A DNA stretch of 64,000 nucleotides from the human T2T-CHM13v2.0 reference genome, Homo sapiens, in assembly GCF_009914755.1 (NCBI RefSeq), contig NC_060947.1; one strand, written 5' to 3'. Position numbers and translations under genes: made by a program. Below, one piece after another: positions 56,602 through 64,000 of the stretch (the first letter of the stretch is position 1; each line of letters starts with the position of its first letter). Under the pieces are notes generated by a model. That model saw nothing but the letters and a program-made list of their open reading frames with translations. It was not told the origin of the DNA and searched no databases.

Positions 56602-57257
56602 AATTTTTTGAAAATATTTATTTTACTTTAAGTTCTGGGATACATCTGCAGAACGTGCAGGTTTGTTATACTGGTGTACATGTGCCATGATGGTTTCCTG
56701 CACCTATCAACCCATCATCTAGGTTTTAAGCCCCACGTGCGTTAGGTATTTGTCCTAATGTTCTCCCTCCCCTCACCCTCAACCCCCTGACAGGCCCTGG
56801 TGTATGATGTTCCCCTCCCTGTGTCCATGTGATCTCATTGTTCAACTCCTACTTATGAGTGAGAACATGTGGTGTTTGGTTTTCTGTGTCTGTGTTAGTT
56901 TGCTGAGAATGATGGCTTCCAGCTTCATCCATGTCCTTGCAAAGGACATGAACTCATTCTTTTTTATGGCTGCTTAGTAATTCATAGTATATATGTGCCA
57001 CATTTTCTTTATCCAGTCTATCATTGATGGGCATTTGGGTTGGTTCACTGTTTTTTGCTATTGTAAATAGTGCTGCAATAAACATACGTGTGCATGTGTC
57101 TTTATGGCAGAATGATTTACAATACTTTGGGTATTTGCGCAGTAATGGGATTGCTGGGTCAAATGGCATTTCTGGTTCTAGATCCTTGAAGAATTGCCCC
57201 ACTGTCTTCCACAATGGTTGAACTAATTTACACTCAACAGTGTAAAAGCGTTCCTAT
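56602..57257 (-). mobile_element. 5'-truncated L1PA inserted in an old MLT1-like LTR
   Basis: L1 3' sequence. TSD TTGGAGAACAT at 56591 and 57258. Confidence 0.92.
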
Positions 57258-58014
57258 TTGGAGAACATCTTTTGTTCTCTCTCTCCCTCCCTGAGAGTGG
57301 AAGTATTCCAGAACAGGGCTGCTTTATCCCCCTGGGTCCTAGTCTTAAGATGACAAATAGTGAAGCCCCCATTGGTGAGCAGGTGGTATGGGTGAGAAAC
57401 AGACTTTGGTGATGTTAGCTGCTGAGATTCTGGGATTGTTTGTTATAGCAGCATCACCTGGTCTGTCCTGACTAATACACATATTGACAATTTACTTTTC
57501 ATCGAATTACTTTGTTGAGCTGTGTGTTAATAGAATGAAAACGCTGCTTTGTGCAAAAAACACTAGCTAATAATATAGACCCTTAGTTCCACGAGCATTT
57601 TCTACCTTGTATTCCCTGGTGCAAGGACTTAACAAATCATTTGGCACTTGTACAAGAGCATTCATATAAAGAGGCAGCAGCTTAATTTTGCTTGTTTCCC
57701 AAGCAATGTGTTCAGGGAGGTCTAGACACAGAGTGGACAGATGAAGGAAAATGACCCAATGAAGACATTTTCCAGGACATGTTCCCTGGCTGTGCTGTAG
57801 GGGTGACCACATTTTAGTCTAGTAAGGTTAAAGATCAGAGCTGAATACTGCTGAAACTTGAGCGTCCTAAAAATTCCCCGTTAAAGGTATCCCATGGAGA
57901 GATCCAGGTCTCACTACATGATTTGAAAATGGTCTTATTTGGAGGAATCAAATTAATCAGCTCACAACAAGATGCTTGTATACTTGTGGTGTTGAGACCT
58001 CAGTGATGGATACC

Positions 58015-58462
58015 TTTTTGTTTTTTCTTTGAGACAGAGTCTTCCTCTGCTGCCCATGCTGAAGCGCAGTGGCAATCACATAGCTCACAGCCCCCTTGAA
58101 CTCCTGGGCTCAAGATATCCCCTCAACTCAGCCTTCTGAGTAGCTGGAACCACAGCTCTGTGCCACCACAGCTGGCTGATATTGTAATGCTGAGATCTTC
58201 ATCTGTACAAAAAAAATAAAAAATAGCCAGGTGTAATGGTGCACACTTGTAGTCCCAGCTACTTTGAAGGCTGAGGTGGGAGGATTGTTTGAGCCTAGGA
58301 GTTTGAGGCTACAGGGAGCCATGATTGCACCCACTGCACTCCAGCCTGAGCAACACAGTGATGTTGCCCAGGCTGGCCTTGAACTCCTGACCTCAAGCAA
58401 TCCTCCCACCTTGGCCTCCCAAATTGCTGGGATTACAGGTGTGGGCCATCGCACTCAGCCGG
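58015..58462. mobile_element. AluJ-like element with an oppositely oriented Alu segment replacing its middle
   Basis: Antisense right arm 58015-58180, sense piece ~58190-58360, antisense left arm 58361-58462. Confidence 0.8.
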
Positions 58463-60378
58463 TGTTGAATACTTTCCGATGGCAGGTTGAGAAGACATGA
58501 CTGGTAGAAGAAAAATGTTCCTAGGGCCAACCACATGGGGGCAGACTTTGTTGGGGCACCATGGCAACAGTTCCCAGTGGCAGGACCTGACGTTTCAGGA
58601 GCTAGGGAAAAGGGAGGCCATGGAATACAGGTTGAGACGTGGTAAGGACAGTCCCAAATGTTGCCTACCCCAGTTTTGTTCAGCAAAAGTCTCAGTCGTT
58701 GATTCCTTTTGTGGGCTGAAGGTATAATTCGGCTTTTTCTGCCCAATATGATGTTTGTGAGATTCATCCATATCATCCAGATGTAGGAGCCTCCTGGATT
58801 TGGAGCCTCCTGGATTTTACAGCTCAGGGTACCTTGGGGAACTGGAGGCAGAGCTTACTCTTGTTAATAACTAAAATCATAACAGTGATAGTTGACATTT
58901 ACCCAGCTCTTGCAGTGTCTAAGGGGCTATCCCAAGAGCTTCCTTTATGTGCGTTGCCTCGTTTAATTTTACAGCCTTCTCATCATGGTTACACCATTAT
59001 TATCTGAAGTTACAGGTGCACCAACTGAGACCTAGAGGGTTTCAGGACTAGCTGTGCATGCCTGGAAAAGTTTATGACAGTTCTGGGTTTGCAGCTTCAG
59101 TCAGTGTGGCTGAGAGCTTGTAATCACCAGGCTTCTGCCCACAGGAAGCAAGCAGGGTGAGGATGGACTGGGTTCCTGGTTATCTTGATTCTGATTCTTT
59201 GATAGTAATTAGACACACATCTAGCTGAGGTGCCATCAGCCCTGTTGTTTCCTGAGGTAGCTTTGATGCTGATGGTAGGGTCGGCTTTTCAACTGTGCCT
59301 TTGCAGCCCTTGGAATAAATTTCATTGTAGGAAGCACTGAGTCACCATCTTCAAAGCAGGCAGCAAAGACCTTCAGAGCTGCTCCAGGGAACGCAGACAG
59401 CTCAGCTAAGTTTGTTTACCTTCTGGAAATGTCAGATTTGGAGGTTCATTGCATTTGTCAGGGGAGCAACGTGCCTCTGTTGACATCGCCTCACCCTGCC
59501 GTGCAGCTATGCTTCTCTTCTCTGCTCCTGAAGGTCTCAGACAGCCAGGCTGCAGTCCAAGTGTCACCCCTTAATTTCAGCAGGCAGGCTGTTCTCCCGT
59601 GTCAGGGAACAACCTGAGTTTCAGAAAAGTGTCAATTTTGTGCTGCCGAGGAAGAATTTGGGCTTAGGCAAATGGTAAGGTCATAGCAGATGCAAGCCCC
59701 AAATTTAGTTCCGAATCGTGTTTTAATTATGATTTCAGGCAAATGTAACACATTGAAATATGTGACAAGTATAAATGTAGTCATACCACCTACATTGGGG
59801 AATGACTTGTCCTGCAGCATTTTGGGGTGGGGAAGAGGGAAATTCCCAACATTGTGTTAAAATAATATCCTACATAAGAATACAGAATTAATCAACTGAA
59901 ATGCTAGATTTGTTTTGGTTTTACTCCAAAGACTAGTTAGACATACTCATGACACAAGAGTCACATAGTCTACTTTTGAGACTTAAAGAGAGAAACTAGA
60001 AGCTCAGAAAGCAGACTTTGGCGTTAAGCACTGGGTAAGTGGGAAGAACAGGGAGAAGAATGAGTTTCTATCCTTCATCCGTCTTTGTTCTGCTGCCTGT
60101 AAGCCCAGTTCATCTGTTGTTGTTGTTTTTTTCCCAAGGGGATCCGGTACCGAATGCAGCATCTACCAACCACAGGCACTGGATGTAACTATGCTTTGGT
60201 GAGCTTTCTTCTTGGGAAAACATGAAGAAATCACAGGCATTATTACTGTGTCTGCGAGTGTTGCTGGCAGGGCTGGCGGTCTCTGTTTTAATTCGCTTAA
60301 TTGTGCACTAAAGCTTATCTTTTCCTTGCTGGTGCTTGTCCTTAGTTTATCACGCGAGGGAATTAAGATTCATTGGTT

Positions 60379-60677
60379 GGCCGGGTGCGGTGGCTCATGC
60401 CTGTAATCCCAGTACTTTGGGAGGCCGAGGCAGGCGGATCACGAGGTCAGGAGATCGAGACCATCCTTGCTAACACGGTGAAACCCCGTCTCTACTAAAA
60501 ATACAAAAATTAGCTGGGCATGGTGGTGGGAGCCTGTAGTCCCAGCTACTCAGGAGGCTGAGACAGGAGAATGGCGTGAACCGGGGAAGGCAGAGCTTGC
60601 AGTGAGCTAAGATTGCACCACTGCACTCCAGCCTGGGCAACAGAGCAAGACTCCATCTCAAAAAAAAAAAAAAAAAA
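60379..60677 (+). mobile_element. AluY-like
   Basis: AATGGCGTGAACC and CTAACACGGTGAAACCCC. Approximate TSD A(G/A)ATTCAT(T/A)GGT. Confidence 0.93.
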
Positions 60678-61652
60678 TTCATAGGTAAGGAATGCGTGGA
60701 GGGCTCTTTTATAACGTATCAATGCACAGCATAGATGGAAAGCATTCTTAGATCAAAAGAGCATGCCCAGGTTATTTCCCCAAATGAAACTACCCATAAA
60801 CAGACTGAGATCCAGATGGTGACTCACCACTAGCAGCTCCCTGGAGAGCTCCACACACGCCTGCTGACAGTCACCATCCCTCTGCTGCCATCACGGTCTT
60901 CTAACGTTGCTGGTAGTTTTGAACATTTTCATACTTCATGCAAATACATCATATAGAGTAGGTGATTTTGGGGGTTCAGGGTATAATTCAGCCTTTTCTG
61001 CCTAAGATGATGTTTGTGAGATTCATCCATGTCATGGCGTGTCAATATAGCTGTTTCATTGTCAACGACGTTTAGCATTTTCTTGGGTCAACACATCGAG
61101 ACTTATTGATCCACTCTGCTGCTGATGGGCATTTCAGAAGTTTCCCATTTGCAGATACTGTCAATCAGGTACCTGGGAGCACTCTCGTCCATAGCATTTG
61201 TGACATATCTGTGGCTTGCTAGGGAATTTCTACCCGGGGTGGACTTAGCACACCGGGGTCTGGAGGACTATTTTGAAAAGAATGCTGGAAATTCGGTGAA
61301 AAGAGGGAGTGACTGATGACAAAAATCCTCCTATGGCAAAGAAGGTGGTAGTGGGCAGAATCTTCTACAGAGATCATCTCACTCTTCATGCACATCCCCA
61401 CTAAACTTAGGAGAAACTTGAAAAGGGAAGAAATCTTTGCCCAAGGTCACTGTTGGTAAAAACCTAAGATCCTTCCTCCTTCCCTGGATGGCTTGTATTC
61501 TAACAGAAGCTCAGATAAATTCTGAAGTAAAGGGTTGGTATTTGATTGAAACCGATTTTGACATGATTTGTGAGTTTTTAAACCTTCCCAGGGGCATTCA
61601 TTACCTTAAAATTCTAAAAGAAATTCAGGGCCATCTTAAAAGAGCTGATGGT

Positions 61653-62078
61653 TATAGACAAATCAGGCCATCTAGCAGAAGCATGAAAGAATGGATGTAA
61701 AATGAAACTCACCTATAGACAAATCAGACCCTCTAGCAGAAGCATGAAATAATGGATGTAAAATGAAACTCACCTATAGACAAATCAGGCCCTCTAGCAG
61801 AAGCATGAAAGAATGGATGTAAAAATGAAACTCACCTATAGACAAATCAGACCCTCTAGCAGAAACAGGAAAGAATGGATGTAAAATGAAACTCACCTAT
61901 AGACAAATCAGGCCATCTAGCAGAAGCATGAAAGAATGGATGTAAAAATGAAACTCACCTATAGACAAATCAGGCCCTCTAGCAGAAGCAGGAAATAATG
62001 GATGTAAAATGAAACTCACCTATAGACAAATCAGGCCATCTAGCAGAAGCATGATAGAGGATGTAAAATGAAACTCAC
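61653..62078. repeat. 61-62-bp minisatellite, 7 copies
   Basis: TATAGACAAATCAG(G/A)CC(A/C)TCTAGCAGAAGCATGAAAGAATGGATGTAAAATGAAACTCACC repeated. Confidence 0.97.
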
Positions 62079-62099
62079 CGTGGCATACTGGAACACTCA

Positions 62100-62481
62100 C
62101 TATCTTAGTCTGTTTTTTGTTGCTATGACCGAATACCTAAGACTCGGTAATTTGTAACGAAAAGAAATATACTTATGACAGTTCTGGAGGCTGGGAAGTC
62201 CAACAATGAGGAGCTGCATCTGGTGAGGACCTTCTTGCTAGTGGGGACTCTCTCTGGAGAGTTTTGAGATGGGGCAGGCCTCCGAGAAAAACAACCTGGC
62301 TTTTGATCACAGACCTGCTCTTCTGATAACTAACCCACACCTTAGATAACTCATTAATTGATTAATTCATGAAGGGATTAATCCATTCACGAGGGCAGAG
62401 CCTCATCTAAACACTCTTACATTGGGGACCCAGCCTCAACATGACTTTTGGTAAGGGCAAACCATATTCTAACCATAGCAC
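62100..62481 (-). mobile_element. MST/MLT1A-type MaLR LTR
   Basis: TCTTAGTCTGTTT...CAGTTCTGGAGGCTGGGAAGTCC...TAACCATAGCA. Confidence 0.75.
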
Positions 62482-62766
62482 TTACAAACCATCTGCTTAT
62501 GTTGAATTAAATTTAGGTGGTTGAATACACACTCAGAGCTGTGACTCTTCGGTTTGATTTATCTCAGAAAGCTCTCAAAGTCCTCATGCTCTACTGAGCC
62601 CTCTCAGTATAGGTGGCATTTGCTACATAGCTGGACACTGAAGTTGGCAGCTGAACTTGGCTAGCAACAGGAGAGACTGATGGGTTAGAGTCATTATGAA
62701 TTAGTACTATTTTACATTTGTTAGAAAAAAATTGCAAAACTGAACTATTATTATTAATCTTATCAT

Positions 62767-63452
62767 TATTTTGAGAGGGGGTCCTGCTCTATTGCTCAGG
62801 CTGGAGTACAGTGGTGCAATCGTAGCTCACTGCAGCCTCAAACTCCATACTGCAGCTCTGACCATACCACGGCTCCGACCACAGCACAGCTCTGACTATA
62901 CCCCAGCTCTGACTTTACTGTAGATTGGACTATACTGCAGCTGAGACCATATTGCAGCTCCTGCCACAGCACAGCTCCAATCATACCGCAGCTCTGACTG
63001 TACGGCAGCTCTCAGCATAGCACAGCTCTGACTATACCGCAACTGTGACCATACCTCAGCTCTGACCATAGCACAGATCTGGCCATAGCACAGCTCTGAC
63101 TCTACCGTAGCTCTCACTATGCTGTAGATCTCGCTATCCTGGAGCTCTAATCATACCACAGCTCTGAGCATAGCACAGCTTTGAGCGTATCTCAGCTCTG
63201 ACTGTACTGCAGCTGTGATCATACCGCAACTCTGACCATATCTCAGCTCTGACCATAGTGCAGGTCTGATTGTGCCACAGCTCTGACCCTACTGTAGATC
63301 CGACTACACTTCAGCTGTAACCATCCTGCAGCTCTGTGCAGACCTTACATCTGATCTTGCTTCAGCTTTGACCATCCTGCAGCTCTGACCAGACCCCACG
63401 CAGTGCTGATCTCACTGCACATCTGACTGCTGCAGCTCTAACCATGCCGCAG
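62767..63452. repeat. Alu end fragment (62767-62845) running into a degenerate 17-bp minisatellite (ACCATAGCACAGCTCTG, ~36 copies)
   Basis: 17-bp periodic CAGCTCTGAC core. Confidence 0.9.
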
Positions 63453-64000
63453 GAAGTGAAGGAGACGAGAGAGAGAACTAAGGCTGCAATGCTGTTTGCA
63501 TAGCTTGTTGGCACGGCCGCCAGGAATCTTGGATCCAAAGTTAGGAGTGCTGCTGCTGCTTCTCCCAGGGATGGGTCTGCCTCAGTATCCCTGCAGAGTC
63601 AGTCCTGGGGTGTTGGGGCAGCCGTGCACATGTGGTCTCTGTGGCCGGTGTTCCAGTGGGTTTCAGAGCAGCGGCTGAAACTGTCAATGAAACCCCCAAT
63701 GTCTGACATCTCAGGAGGCTTCTCAGGTCTCCCACATGGCAGCTTTTTTTTTTCCTCTTTAAAATAAAAACTTTTTTTCATCCTTCACTAAGAAATAGCA
63801 TTTCCCTATACACCTGACCTCAGCAATGTACACCGTACCAAATAATTACAAATGGTAAGTGCTTTTGTGAAAAGATAATCAACATGCCAGATAAGGAAAG
63901 AAATACAACATTAAAAAAAAAGAGGCCATAATTGTCCATACATTTGGCAAACATACAAAGAAAATGGACAATACTGACACGTTTCAGGGTATCGGGCAAA

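Noticed and set aside
60140-60151. Adjacent BamHI and KpnI sites (GGATCCGGTACC) suggesting vector polylinker
   Set aside because: Only two sites and no other vector sequence; compatible with chance.

Overview
This is great-ape/human-type non-coding DNA dominated by interspersed repeats. It carries roughly 65 Alu copies, many L1 fragments, ERV1/MaLR LTRs and DNA-transposon relics. I find no supportable host protein-coding gene, RNA gene or processed pseudogene; nearly all ORF-track entries are Alu, L1 or low-complexity artefacts. The largest feature is a full-length, frameshifted L1PA2/3-like element on the minus strand (12471-18508). It sits inside an AT-rich satellite and appears to carry a ~240-bp 3' transduction. 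Other notable structure: a ~2.2-kb degenerate palindrome (31883-34090), one 16-bp target site present four times (23231-24951), an LTR with an APOBEC3-like TC depletion (1464-1700), a minisatellite rich in AP-1/ARE motifs (11087-11585), templated local insertions, and many tandem arrays born from TE fragments. The mix resembles distal Xp22.3/PAR-like subtelomeric DNA, but that placement is inference only. Repeat subfamily names come from my recall of consensus sequences and need RepeatMasker/Dfam confirmation. I see no convincing new gene system; the findings concern mutational mechanisms and possible regulation.
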